Positions 27,267 through 39,181 of a DNA stretch of 64,000 nt are shown in pieces. The notes beneath the pieces were generated by a model that worked only from the letters and a program-made list of their open reading frames with translations, ran no database searches and was not told the origin of the DNA. How positions within the stretch are numbered: the stretch's first letter is position 1; every line of letters starts with the position of its first letter. The DNA comes from the human T2T-CHM13v2.0 reference genome, Homo sapiens. The position numbers were made by a program, and so were the translations under genes. The stretch lies in the NCBI RefSeq assembly GCF_009914755.1, contig NC_060936.1; one strand, written 5' to 3'.

Positions 27267-27465
27267 TTAGCAGTGGACACTGAAACTTAGAAATATAGGC
27301 ATGGAGCAAAATGAGTCTTCTCCTAGTCAATGTGCAATACAAGCCCATTTTACATTTGATTTGGATCAGTCTTTCTAATTTACCTGTTAGTCGGGCTCAG
27401 GATGGTTTGCCTGGCAGCATTTCCATGACATCACATCTGAGAAAATGCACCTGATGAGCTGTTGT

Positions 27466-27560
27466 CTGTGTACATGATGATGATACTTGTGTGCCGAGGT
27501 GAGAAAATTAGTTTTATGCTGTTTGTCGAGTGGTGAGGACAAGACAGTCCTGAAATGCAG
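27466..27560 (+). ncRNA. Candidate C/D-box snoRNA-like element (unverified)
   Basis: C ATGATGA 27474, D' TCGA 27526, C' GTGAGGA 27533, D CTGA 27550; 6-bp terminal stem ctgtgt/atgcag (2 G-U pairs). Confidence 0.2.
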
Positions 27561-27600
27561 TGAACTCATCTGTGCCACTATTGTTTCATTCTTCCCACAG

Positions 27601-27627
27601 GTGGGAGCCGAACTGTCTTGGGAAAAG
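27601..27627 (+). other. Candidate 27-nt microexon
   Basis: ttgtttcattcttcccacag| acceptor and AAG|GTGGGT donor; length divisible by 3; no internal stop in any frame. Confidence 0.25.
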
Positions 27628-27829
27628 GTGGGTTCCTTTTTTTACAATATTTTACAATATTCCACAGAGCAATGATGGGTCCTACAGAGTTTGTTGGTCG
27701 GGCTGAAACTGGAGTTTTTCCATCTGTTTGGGCACAGCATTAGCTGTAGCAGGATTCCTTTTATGCAACTGTTGTGTATGAATGGAGCAAGAATCTGCCT
27801 CAGTGCCAGGTGGTGTGGACAGGACATTG

Positions 27830-28030
27830 GAGGGGAGAAACAGAGCTGTCTTCAGAGTTGAATTTTGGCTCCTCTGCTTCCCAGCTATGTGAAGGACAGG
27901 TCACTTAAACTCCCGTAACTTTAGTCTCTTTGTCTCCCAAACACCGATAATAACACCCACTTTACAAAACTGTTTTGAGGATTTTTATGAGATAAAATCA
28001 GTATAGAGAGTGTTTAAAAATCGCAAATTT
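27830..28030 (+). mobile_element. MIR SINE
   Basis: ggctcctctgcttcccagctatgtga...ggtcacttaaactc...tgttttgaggatt. Confidence 0.7.
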
Positions 28031-28350
28031 CCTTCCAAATATCATACTCAAATAACGTTTATTCACTCCAATAGCACACAACTATATATAAGTGTGTGTG
28101 TATATATGGGGGTACATATATACACATATATGTACATCGACACATATGTATGCATTTAGTGTTTTCCCTTGGAATATATATATACTCACAAGACACTAGT
28201 GCATTGTCAACAAAGAAGGGGAAGGGGGAGGAAATTTGCCATTCCTAAACACAATTCCTAAACACATATATACACACACTTATGTATAGTTGTGTGCTAC
28301 TCAAGTGAATAAACATTATTTGAGTATAGTATCTGGTGCTTTCCCTTGGA
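28010..28350. repeat. Local inverted duplication with flanking 15-bp direct repeat
   Basis: 28035-28108 vs revcomp 28265-28336 (~89%); 28010-28036 vs revcomp 28226-28252 (23/27); gtg(t/c)tttcccttgga at 28159 and 28336. Confidence 0.9.
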
Positions 28351-29579
28351 TCCAATTTTTTGCTTACCAAAAGCCAACAGTTTTTATCCAGTCTGGCTGC
28401 AGGATTAAATATCACATATTTTAAAATAAGAAAACAAATAAGGAACAGCCATTTATCCTAATTACTTTATTATAATAAAACTTTTGTTTTAAGGCAGTTA
28501 GTGAAATTTTAAGCATATAAATGCCTTACACACAATAAAAATAGGTTAGGCTTGCTACCAATAATTTCAACCTGAAAACCAAACATTTCACTTAGCCCTC
28601 ATTGTACAGTATGTTCATTTAGTGAGGCTGCTTGGAAGTTATTTTTAAACTCAGCCATTTAAATCATCATGTCTAGCATACTGTCTAGAAGACGCAATGT
28701 TTCATTATCAAAAAGAAACATTATGTACTGTGGCATATGAGTCATTAAAGGAACAGCAGATATGTTGTCACTTCCAAATAATAAGGCTTGTTACCATTAT
28801 TGATTATATGTCTTTATAGAACCTCTTATCTGAGAATCTCAAATAACATGATAATTGAACTATATAAAATTCCAATAATGCAGGGATTCTAACGGATTTT
28901 TGTATTCACAGTTCATGCTTTTATTTACTTAACAAAAATGTAGTGAGCATCTACTATGTGCTAGATAGAGTCCTCAGCCCTGGGAATTCAAAAATAAAGA
29001 AGACCACGACAAAGCCTTATGCAAATCAACTAGTATTTACACAAATCTAATTAGAAACTGTTTTAATGTCTGGTTTACTTTAACCTCCAGAGTAATCTCT
29101 GTACACTAAAAACCCTCCCTCTCTTGTAGAATTAAAAATAGAAGCTGTTGGGATGCGGATTTCAAAATAAAAAAGCAAAGATGATTTCTGAAAGCCACGT
29201 CATTTGTAAGAAACCAAGAGACCATTCAAAATCTTGCTATATTCTGCTTAAATATATTTTTGGTTTAAGGTAAAAATGGGAGAAATTTGGAGAAAATCCA
29301 AATTGGATTTTCGGGGAGGGGTTCTCTTAAAAGCTGTCAAGAATATTATGCTCAAAAAAACAAAGACCAACATAAGGTTTATATTTGGACTAGTGATTTA
29401 AATCATATATGTTGTCATTTATTTCAGCTCAGAGGAAAGGGAACATAGTCAAAAGACTATTAAAACATGTAATCCTTTTTTTCTGATAAATGTATAAGTA
29501 ATTAGTTTTCTACTGCCAGAGAATTTCTTTAAAAGTTTTTACTCCATAAAGCTCTGAGACCCCAAAGTACTAGAAATAT

Positions 29580-29641
29580 ATGTACATACATACATACATA
29601 CATATCGGGGGGTATGCATGTAACTGTGTGTATGTAGGTAT

Positions 29642-29678
<37 letters not shown>
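29580..29678. repeat. (TACA)n and (TG)n microsatellites
   Basis: direct reading. Confidence 0.9.
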
Positions 29679-29679
<1 letters not shown>

Positions 29680-30324
29680 CTTCCTCAAGACTTTTGGATT
29701 TTTATCATTAATTCACAGAACTGTCAAAAGGTTGCTCTCTATGTAGGCCTAAATTAAATTAAGAAAATGTTGAAACAATGATCAATAAATAAAAACCTAT
29801 TTTTAATGGATTTTGTATTGTTTTACATTTCTATTTTTAAAATGTTTCTCTGAAATGTCTATAACAATTCAAAATGATAATTTATTTTAAATTAATATAT
29901 CTTGTTCATAGATACTGTACTATAGGTCTAATTTGCAATAATGAAAAGATGAAAAATGAATAGAAAAATTATACTGCCTAATGTGTCTTCATCACTAATC
30001 ACACCTTCGGAATACCTACCAATAAAGATCATGAGAACAAAGTTGAGACTCTATTGTTTTTAATGGACACTTTATCAAAATTTAGTTCTAGTACCAGGGA
30101 GAAAATGAACATTCTTATAGCCATCTCGATAAATAGAAACATTTTATATATTCACTTAGGAAACATCTATTGAAGGCCCATATTATGCAGGCCCTGTTCC
30201 AAGGGATGGAAGTATCACAGCGACTAAGACATGACACACTGCCCTTTTGGGTAAACTGTTTGTCCAGGAAGACACACAAAAGCATAGCATGACCAAGACC
30301 AATGGAGCATTTGCAGCTCCATGA

Positions 30325-30652
<328 letters not shown>

Positions 30653-32379
30653 ACAACTCTTACCTATCCATATGGGGAGCGCCAGAACATTCTCTTCCTG
30701 GAGTGTCTGTTCCCTTTTTTCCTGAACCAGCATTAATCCTACTTTCAATCTCAGTTTAAACAATACTTTTCTTAAGACACTTCCTCTAACCCTGCAGCCA
30801 AGTCTAGGTCTACCCGTTTGGTCTCCATAGCCCCTGTAGTTTGTTTTTTTTTTAAATCACAGTGCCTTAGAATTTTTTCTTTCCTGCTTGTACAGAAGTA
30901 CCACAAAGGCAGAGTCTGTATGTCTTCCATTTCATACTGTACCCGACATCGACAGCAGAGATTCCCATAGCATTAGGCCCTGGGAGGAGAGCATTAGAAG
31001 AAATCTGCGCAATTGTGAACTTCCTGTTTCCTTGGAACTTACCCATTTTTATTGGATTCCGGACTTCACCCATAGCTTGCTCAGCTCCTTGTCTACTCAT
31101 CTCCTGTCATCTAGAAACTGGTACTAAACTGCTAGCCTGTGGGGTGTACCTGAATTAGTTCTCTTGACCTCAAAGGGGCACTTGGAGTCTAAACGAATCT
31201 TCTCAGTTTGGAACAGAGACTCTCGAATGGTTGGCCTCCCAGTTGCTTCCCCATATGTGTATCACACTATCCCCCAGAGTCCTATGTTGAATTTTAGTTG
31301 AAGGCTTTCTGGTCAGAATTGATGTTTTGTCAAGTTACAGCGCTGACAGCAGGCCTGGCAAGCACAGATCTACAAAGAGACACCCCACATCAAAGGCTTT
31401 GTGTTTGGAATTTTGTTTCTTTTAATATTTAGGTTTAAATATTGATGAAATTTGTATCTGTACAAATTAGATGAGAAAACAAGGAGAGAAAAGGGCTTCC
31501 TAGATCCCATGAGAAAAATCAAGTAAGAGAATGTGTTTCCTTCCACAACAGGACACATTTTACATTTCTGCCCTCATAAATATTAAAATTTGAAGTCTAG
31601 CCTCAGTTATTTCTGAACAAGGATAACCAGATTTTTACAATGGGGAGAAAAGACTACATTGGCAATGCAACCAGATTTCTCGGTCTACTGGAAAAATACC
31701 AAAAATATGATAATTTTACCAAAATGAAACAACCAGGACAAGGCCTTTAGGAAGTGCACACACTAGCTCTGTAACACTGTGTTTGTACACTGAGATATAG
31801 TAAACACGATTTATAATATAAGTTCCTTTTACTTGCTATTGATAATTTTTCAAAGTATCTATGAAGTATACATTTCAAGGTATATATTATAATTCCGGCT
31901 CTCAAAGGATTAAAGGGGTTCTTTCCTGAGGAAGGGACTTTTCTGCCCAGTTTTCCCTTACAGCTAGGTTTGGGCCAATGTTGCTCAAAGAACAAAATTA
32001 ATTAATGTGGAAAGTTAGACCGCAGCTTAAAGTATTTCTTATTCGAGTCCTTGAGAGTTACATGAGATTAAAGAGATAATTTGATATCTGAAATAAGTTA
32101 ATTTGCTGACTCTTACAGTTATTTAAAATATGTTTTCTTGTTACCTTTCTTTGAATCAATGAGATAGTAAATATTTAAGAAGAAACATGATATAATTGTC
32201 TTCAAATATCTAATGAGAACACAACCAGCTGTTTTTATCTCAACTCCATAGAAAACAAATAAGAGAATGCATACTTACCCTGAGATAAGGCAGTGAAAAA
32301 GAAAAGATATTCTCAGGAGTGATTGATATACTAGGAACAGTAATAATAATAATTTTAAAAACCTAGAAATCATTTTTGT

Positions 32380-33210
32380 TGTTGTTTTGATTATCACTAT
32401 ATACTTTTTTCAGATCACAAATGTTGCATAGTTTTATAAAATTACATGTTGTGGAACTAATACCATGAAAAGTGAATATCACTCCAAAAGATAACTACTC
32501 TCAAAGCCTGGGTAGTTCTGCAACTTAATTATATATATATTAATTATCTTAAATGTCTTTTTATATTGATAATATTTCTTTTTTCTCCATTTTCATTTCT
32601 CAATTTTTCCTTTTTTAATTGTGGTATATTAGTAGTCCATTATAATAATGTTCTTACATTTTTTAAAACATTTTCCTAGTGATAATTTTTTTAATTATTT
32701 CTATTTGTGTGTTAATACAAACAATACTGCAATGGATATTTTTGTATGCATTTATGTGTATAAATTCTGGGAGTATTTCTGTAGGAAAAAGTTTCTTAAA
32801 TGCTTGATCTCTTTAAAAAATTATCAGTTACTCTACTACTGCTTTCTGAAAGTGTATGCCTGTTTCCACACACCCTTGCAAGTATGGTATTGTCAATTTT
32901 TATAAAGATTCTACTAATTATAAGAATGAAACATCTTGTTTTTGGCTTCATTTGTATTTCTTTGCTTATTAGAGATGTTGAGTAATTTGCAAATAATTTT
33001 TTGTTTTTTATCAAAAACACTTGTCCTTTTTCTGTCTTTTCTGTCTCTGTTTTTTTTTTTTTTTTTTTGGTTTGTTCATTTTTTCTCCTATTGATTTATA
33101 GGAGTCCTTTACATATGTAGCCAAAACCCTCTTCCATTAAATATTTTGTAATGTTTTCTAACAGTATCACATGTATTTTAACTTCAGTCAATTATGCTAC
33201 TTAAAGTTTA
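32380..33210 (-). mobile_element. Old L1 (L1ME-type) 3' relic
   Basis: acaaacaatactgcaatggatatttttgta...tttccacacacccttgc...catttgtatttctttgcttattagagatgttgag. Confidence 0.7.
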
Positions 33211-33358
33211 CTTGCTCAAAGTCAATGGAACACCAAAGTGTGTACTCAGACTTCTTTTATCTTTTTGGCTACTAACAGACATATTCATGTTATTTTAAGT
33301 CTGAGGGTGGAATTAATATATTTTCAGGCATGAATTCACTCCAAAACAATTTCACCTC

Positions 33359-33688
33359 AGCTGGGCGTGGTGGTTTGCGCCTGTAATCCCAGCACTTTGG
33401 GAGGCCGAGGTGGGTGGATCACGAGGTCAGGAGATCAAGACCATCCTGGCCAACATGGTGAAATTCCGTCTCTATTAAAAATACAAAAATTAGCTGGGCA
33501 TGGTGCCACACACCTGTAGTCCCAGCTACTCAGGAGACTAAGGCAGGAGAATCACTTGAACCCAGGAGGCAGAGGCTGCAGTGAGCTGAGATTGCACCAA
33601 TGCACTCCAGCCTAGGTGACAGAGCAAGACTCTTGTCTCGCAAAAAAAAAGAAAAAGAAAAGAAAAAAAAAGAAAAAGAAGAAAAAAA
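33359..33688 (+). mobile_element. AluSc-like, full length
   Basis: gatcacgaggtcaggagatcaagaccatcctggccaacatgg; long A/AG tail. Confidence 0.97.
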
Positions 33689-33742
33689 TTACCTTTAAGT
33701 CCCCTACTTTTAGGAAGCTACCAGAAAATATTCTCCAAATAT

Positions 33743-34555
33743 TGCAATAGGAAATCTTCCCTGACCCCTTTGCTGGCCTCACAACAGGAGTACCTTGCTT
33801 ACTCATCCTGCAGCTCTCAACCCCTTGCAGGAGGGGGAGCATGCAGATGAGCAGGTGCAGGAGCCAGGATGAGTGCATCTGGGTGCTAGCAGGAGCAAAA
33901 CTCTATCAGGCCCCACAGTAGTGTTTAGTGGGGGAGTACCCACAGCCCCCAAAGCCCCAGAGGGCATGTGTTACAGTGCACTCTTTTAGCTTTGCTGTAC
34001 ATGGATGGCTTAAGTGTTAGGCAACTCTGTGGGCCCTCTGTTTTTTTGCATGAGGTGATTACTCTCCACCAGCAAGGGCTGGTGTGACAAGCCTTTAGCA
34101 TCTGCACTTGTGGCACCTGTGCTCTTGTTCAGTGTCCAGGAAAATTCAGGTCACACAAAAGAATTGAAGCGTGGTGAATGCAGAGGATTTTACTGGCAAT
34201 GGAAGTGGCTCTCAGTGGGAAGGGGAGCTGGAAAGGGGATGCAGTGGGAAGGTATTCTTCCCCTAAAGTGTTGCAGTCAAGCCATCCCTCTGAAGTCGAG
34301 CTGCTTCTCTCTGACATTCAGCTGCTTCTTCTCTTCTAGCCTTCTCTGCTCTCTGCCAGTGAAGCATGTGGTTTTTATGGGTACAGGATGGGGGCGCAGA
34401 GTGGGCCATGGGTGGTTTTGAAAAAGGCAACATTCAAGTGGGAAAACAGGAATGCATGTTCTCACTTTGGGCCACAGTTCCAGGCTTGAGGGTGGGGCTT
34501 CAACAGGGACCCTGCCCTTTTCTGCCTAGAATTTCCCTGCCTCCTGTCCCTATGA
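33743..34555 (-). mobile_element. ERV1 solo LTR of the LTR27/LTR28 (LTR1/MER52) group
   Basis: reverse strand starts tcatagggacaggaggcagggaaattctaggcagaaaagggcagggtccc, then ccccaccctcaagcctggaac and catcctgtacccataaaaacc. Confidence 0.8.
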
Positions 34556-34647
34556 ACTTGAATAAGTAAACAAGTAAAATATGTGGAATCCAAGCCAAAA
34601 TGAGTTCAACATAGAAGAGGTGTGATGAGCACTCCTAAGATGATGAG

Positions 34648-35070
34648 TGTCTGTGGGAAAACCAACTCAAACTGTTTTTTCCTTGGCTCTCACACCACAA
34701 CAATCAATGCAGAAGACTTCTGTGACCAAATGTGGGAGGGTTTCTTCCCACACCACCAAGCAAGCAATCAATTTTGTAGGGGACAACATCTGGGTATCCC
34801 TCAATTCAATTCAATCCTGATGCTATCTACCTGGAGATAGCTTCAGAAACCACAGGCTGAGGGCTCAGTCACATAAGGCCACCCTCTCCTTCCCATCAGA
34901 CCTGCCATGGCCTTTCCAGGGACCAGCCTCATCCCAAAGCTACCTAGGGGCTGCCAACCATCATCAACTCACTGGGATACAAAGACATCATTTTGAAGTT
35001 TCCACAGATTTTAGGAGTTGTTTACCAGGAAACAGAATCAAAGACCAAATATATATTTCACAGTGTCACA
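34648..35070 (-). mobile_element. MER21-type LTR, internally deleted
   Basis: agaagacttctgtgaccaaatgtg...caattcaattcaatcctga..ctatctacctggagatagc...accaaatatatatttcacagtgtcaca. Confidence 0.85.
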
Positions 35071-35309
35071 GTAAGGAATGGAATTACCAAAATAAGGGTA
35101 GGCAGCAATTCTAATGGTCAACTGATCCATACTGTGGTACATAGAGGCCTAGGAGAAGAATTTCCAAGGCAAAAAAAAAAAAAAAACACTAATAGATTAC
35201 CTGAAGTATTTTACCATATAGAAGAGAATTTTACATTTCTTATCAGAGTTTGGGGAAAGAATTTGTGATAATTACTTTTCAAAATTAAACAAGCAAAACG
35301 AAACAATTT

Positions 35310-37660
35310 TTAACAGAGCCATACAGTAAAGGTAAACATACAACAAAGCCAAAGTTGTATTTTTGTAAATATTAATGAAATTTATAATCCCCCCAACAAG
35401 ACTAATTAAGGGGAAAGAAAACTAAAAAACAAATTGTCAGCAATGAAATAGGAAGTATCTGTCTACATATACCCAGATTAAAAAGAAAATAAAATAATTA
35501 ACAAAATTTTAAAAATAAAAATTGAAATTTAAATGTAATGTACAAATTCCTTAGAAAATACAACTACCAAAATGGATAAAAGAGAAATTTTAAACATTCC
35601 AATAGCTATTGAATAAATTGAACCCATCATTAAAGCTTTTACCACAGAAAAACTAAATAAACCAAAAACTGGTTCAGATAGCTTCACCAATTAATTATTT
35701 CAAACAAGTAAGGAAAAATAACAACAATCTTATTAAAAACTCTTCTATTCAGAGAACAGCATAAAGAAAAAAACTTCTCAAGTCAGTTTATGAGGCCAGC
35801 ATAACCTTGATACAGGAAAGGAGCAGACAATGCCAGCCCACTATGTCTATGAATATCAGTGAAAAAATGGTAAACAAATATTTGCAAATTAAATCTAGTA
35901 ATAGATAAAAAGGAAACTGCATCATGACCAAGAGGTACTTATTTCAGATATGCAAGAGGTGTTTAAAATTCAAAAACTAATTAGTATAATTGACCACATT
36001 AACAGGAAAAGGAGAGAATATATATGATTGTGTCAGTAGACACAAACAAAGCATTCTACATAACTCAACATTAATCAGTTATTACCAAATTAGGAATAAA
36101 AGGGTACTATCAAGCCCATCACCCAACCCTCCCCTTTGGGTTGCCCTCAGGACAACCCTCCAGAGAACTGCCAATCAGTATGGGAATCTAGGCCACTGGA
36201 AGGCAAACTGCCCCAATGGGCTAAATGGGAAAAAGTCTCAAGAGACCTGCCCCTTCTATTGGAGCTTGCTATTAGAAAAAGGACTGTCCCAAGAGCCAAA
36301 AAGTCCCCCAGGCCAAACTCCAATCCAATAAAGGCCTTGAGCTGAAGGGGCCCTCCACTCCAGCCAGCTCCCAGATGAGATATCATCATCAACAAGACAA
36401 AGCCAAGGGCAACTCTGGAGACTGTGAGTAAAATTATAAATTATAAATTTTAAATTATAAATTTCCCTTTTGGGTTCAAGAGCTGCATACTCTGTGCTAA
36501 TGTTCTCTGAGCAACTCTCCTTCAAATCCTGTAATGGGGGCAAAAGTCTGATAAATAGTATCTATAGCACATCATCACTAAACATGGTATTTAATGAATT
36601 ATTGAAAATTTTTCCCTGATAACTGAAAAAAGACAAGAATATCATTTCTTTTCAACATGTATTAGATGTCTTAGCTGATAAGACAAGGCAAGAAAGAGCA
36701 ATGACATGCATAAGAATTGAAAAGAAAAATAAAATTATATAATATTTGCAGGTGATATAATTATATATATGGAGAAAAACCTTAAGAATCTATAGATAAG
36801 CCACTGGAATTTAAAAAGTAAACTTAGCAAGGTCACTGGATGCGAGAAAATCAATTATACAAGACTCCTATTCTGAAAATGACAAAACAAAGTTGAGAGA
36901 AACTTTTAAAGACCACAGAAATGGAAATATATATACTACATTCATCATAAATGGGATGACTCAGTATTTTAAAGATATCAATTCTCAGATCAATCTGTCA
37001 AATCAGTTAATGTCAAGTGAAATGCAGGAAGGTATTTGTGTGTGTGTGAAAGTTGACAAGCTGATCTTAAAATTTTTATAGAAATGCAGAGTTAAGAATA
37101 GCCAAAGCAATCTTGAAGAGGAAAAACACAGGAGAGAATTTACATTAGCTGAAATTATGCCTTCCCCTGAAGTTATACTAATTAATATAGTGTAGATTGG
37201 TGAAAGGATACTGATAGAGAGGAGAATCCAAAAACAGACCAGCAAAGATAAGGTCATTTGATTAATGAGAAGGTTAACACCATAATGCAGTGGAGACAGG
37301 ATGATTTTTTTAGCAACTGAGGCTGGATCAATTGAATATCCACATGGAAAAAAAATGAATCTTTACCCTATTTCATACCATGCACACAAAAGCAGTTCTA
37401 GATGGAGTATAGATCTAAGTGTGAGAGGTAAGATGAAGCTTTTAAAATAAAACATAGGAGAACATCTTTCATGACCTTGAAATCAGCAAAAGGTAGGACA
37501 CAAAATGCAACTAATCTAAACTTATATTTGCCAAAGGACATCATGAAGACAGTAAAAAGGCAAGGCCAGAGTGGAAGAATGTATTTGCAATTCATAAACC
37601 CAATTAAGAACTAGCACCAAAAATGTGTAAATGAGTCCCTCAAATCCATAAGAAAAGGCA
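35310..37660 (+). mobile_element. Old L1 (L1M) ORF2 relic, interrupted at about 36115-36543
   Basis: acaaattccttagaaaatacaactacc, tttatgaggccagcataaccttgatac, ttgacaagctgatcttaaaatttttatagaaatgc, atagccaaagcaatcttgaag. Confidence 0.85.
36115..36543 (+). mobile_element. LTR-less ERV1 internal fragment: degenerate gag zinc knuckles plus protease start (MER52-int/HUERS-like)
   Basis: GHWKANCP (ORF 35990-36331), second knuckle remnant KKDCP, then GSRAAYSVL resembling the retroviral protease (D)TGAxxSVL motif. Confidence 0.8.
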
Positions 37661-37766
37661 GAAGTTCTGCACTTTTTACTTTCAACCATCCTGGTTTGTT
37701 CCTTTTTGCATTTTTTCTTCCTGAGCATTTATTTCATAGGATTTTACTGTTTAGTTTTTTCCTTTC

Positions 37767-38996
37767 TGTTGGTACTGGTGGGTTTGGGGAGGCCCCCAAA
37801 AGCCGGTGGGACCTCCACCCCAGCCAGTGTCCAGGTTCTTGGCAGCATCGCAAGAAGGAATTCAAGGATGAGTCAGAAAATAGTGAAAGAGATTTATTGT
37901 AAAGTGGGCAGACATCTTGCAGTCATGTGCAAGATGGTTGGGGGTTGCTACTTTTACATGCTTCTTTAACCGAAGCGTGGAATATTCACGGAAAAAGTTG
38001 GAGATTTCTCAGAATTGTGGTGCTACCCATTTTTACACTAACTATAGGTGTTCTTGGAACTGTCATGGCACCAATGGGTGTGGGATTTGTATGTTAATGA
38101 GCATATAATAAGGTCATAGGTGAAACCTAGGTCAAATCCAGCAACATGTTGGGTCCAGTTGATCTTAGCCAGCTTGATCCACACTCAGTTTTTCAGGGTC
38201 TTGTTAAAGTAGGTAACTAGACCGACATAAGCAGGGCAGAAGAGCACCCCCGCCCACCTTAGGAATGTCAGGTGACCATCGGCTTATGGTCAGGTGATTG
38301 TCAAACTGTCTCTCTAAAATAATAATTGCTCACAGCTGGTGCCAGGGAAAGGCAGTCTCCCAAATAGATAAAACACCTGAAGCTGGCGATGAGCAGCTTC
38401 CTGATAAGGTCTCAGGAGTTGGGTGAGTGGGCTCAAGCATGTACACTAAGAGGCAAAATGGCAGAGTTTAACTGGTGTATGACCTTCCTCTAGGAACTCT
38501 TGGCTAATAAGGGAAAAACACCTCATGTGAGCATGTGCGTGACTTCAGTAAACACCTTGTGCATGCCGCCCCTCCCAAGTGCTGTCGGGCCACTGCACAT
38601 GTGAACAGCTTACCCCAAGGAAGAATCAAGCTATGAGAGATACAAAACCCCAAAAGCATGCCAACATATAAAACCCCAAGTCAAAGGTCAAACTGGACCC
38701 TTGGATCTCTCAAGTCACCTACTTAACCCTCTTCCAAGAGTACTTGACTTCCTTTCATTCCTGCTCTAAAACTTTCTAATAAACTTTCACTCCTGCTCTA
38801 AAACTTGCCTCAGTCTCTCACTCTGCCTTATGCCCCTGAGACAAATTATTTCCTCTGAGGAGGCAATAATTGAGTTGTTGAAGACCCGCATGGATTCGCT
38901 GCTGTTAACATCATTAGACCACAGCTGCTAGTCATGTGAAACTGCTGTCTGGAATTCTTTATTCTCCTGTGACCACCCTGGATTATTCCGGTCTCA
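37767..38996 (-). mobile_element. ERV1 solo LTR (LTR19/MER41-like), split by MER50
   Basis: reverse strand starts tgagaccggaataatccagggtggtcacaggagaata; ggtgaaacctaggtcaaatccagc..atgttgggtccag; tttatt poly(A) signal on minus at about 37893. Confidence 0.75.
38202..38910 (+). mobile_element. MER50 ERV1 solo LTR, nested
   Basis: tgttaaagtaggtaactagaccgacataagcagggcag...aataaactttcactcctgctctaaaacttgcc...gctgttaaca. Confidence 0.88.
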
Positions 38997-39181
38997 CTTT
39001 TCCTTCTTTCTTTCTCTCTTTCTCTCTTCCTCTCTTTCTCTCTTCTTTCTTCTCTTTCTTTCTTTTTCTTCTTCCATTTTCTTCTTTCTTTTCCTCCTTC
39101 CTTCCTTCTTTTCCTCCCTTTCATCCTCTCTCCATCTCGACTTGTTTTCTTCCTTCCTTCTTTTTTCTTTTCCTTTCTTTC
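38997..39181. repeat. CT-rich low-complexity polypyrimidine tract
   Basis: (TTTC/TTCC/TC)n mosaic. Confidence 0.95.

Noticed and set aside
27446-27580. Hammerhead ribozyme core (CTGATGAG ... GAAA)
   Set aside because: The putative stem II does not close directly on GAAA (extra cct), and there is no valid stem III with an NUH cleavage site.
32271-32284. U1 snRNA 5'-end-like atacttacc / isolated minus-strand donor
   Set aside because: The match does not extend; isolated donors (also at about 17580, 26800 and 58922) lack convincing partner acceptors.
34621-34650. Two RTGATGA C-box motifs
   Set aside because: No suitably placed D box or terminal stem; runs into the MER21 LTR.
35990-36345. Possible domesticated gag/zinc-knuckle gene
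   Set aside because: Knuckle cysteines are lost or frameshifted, stops are present, and the ORF begins in L1 sequence.
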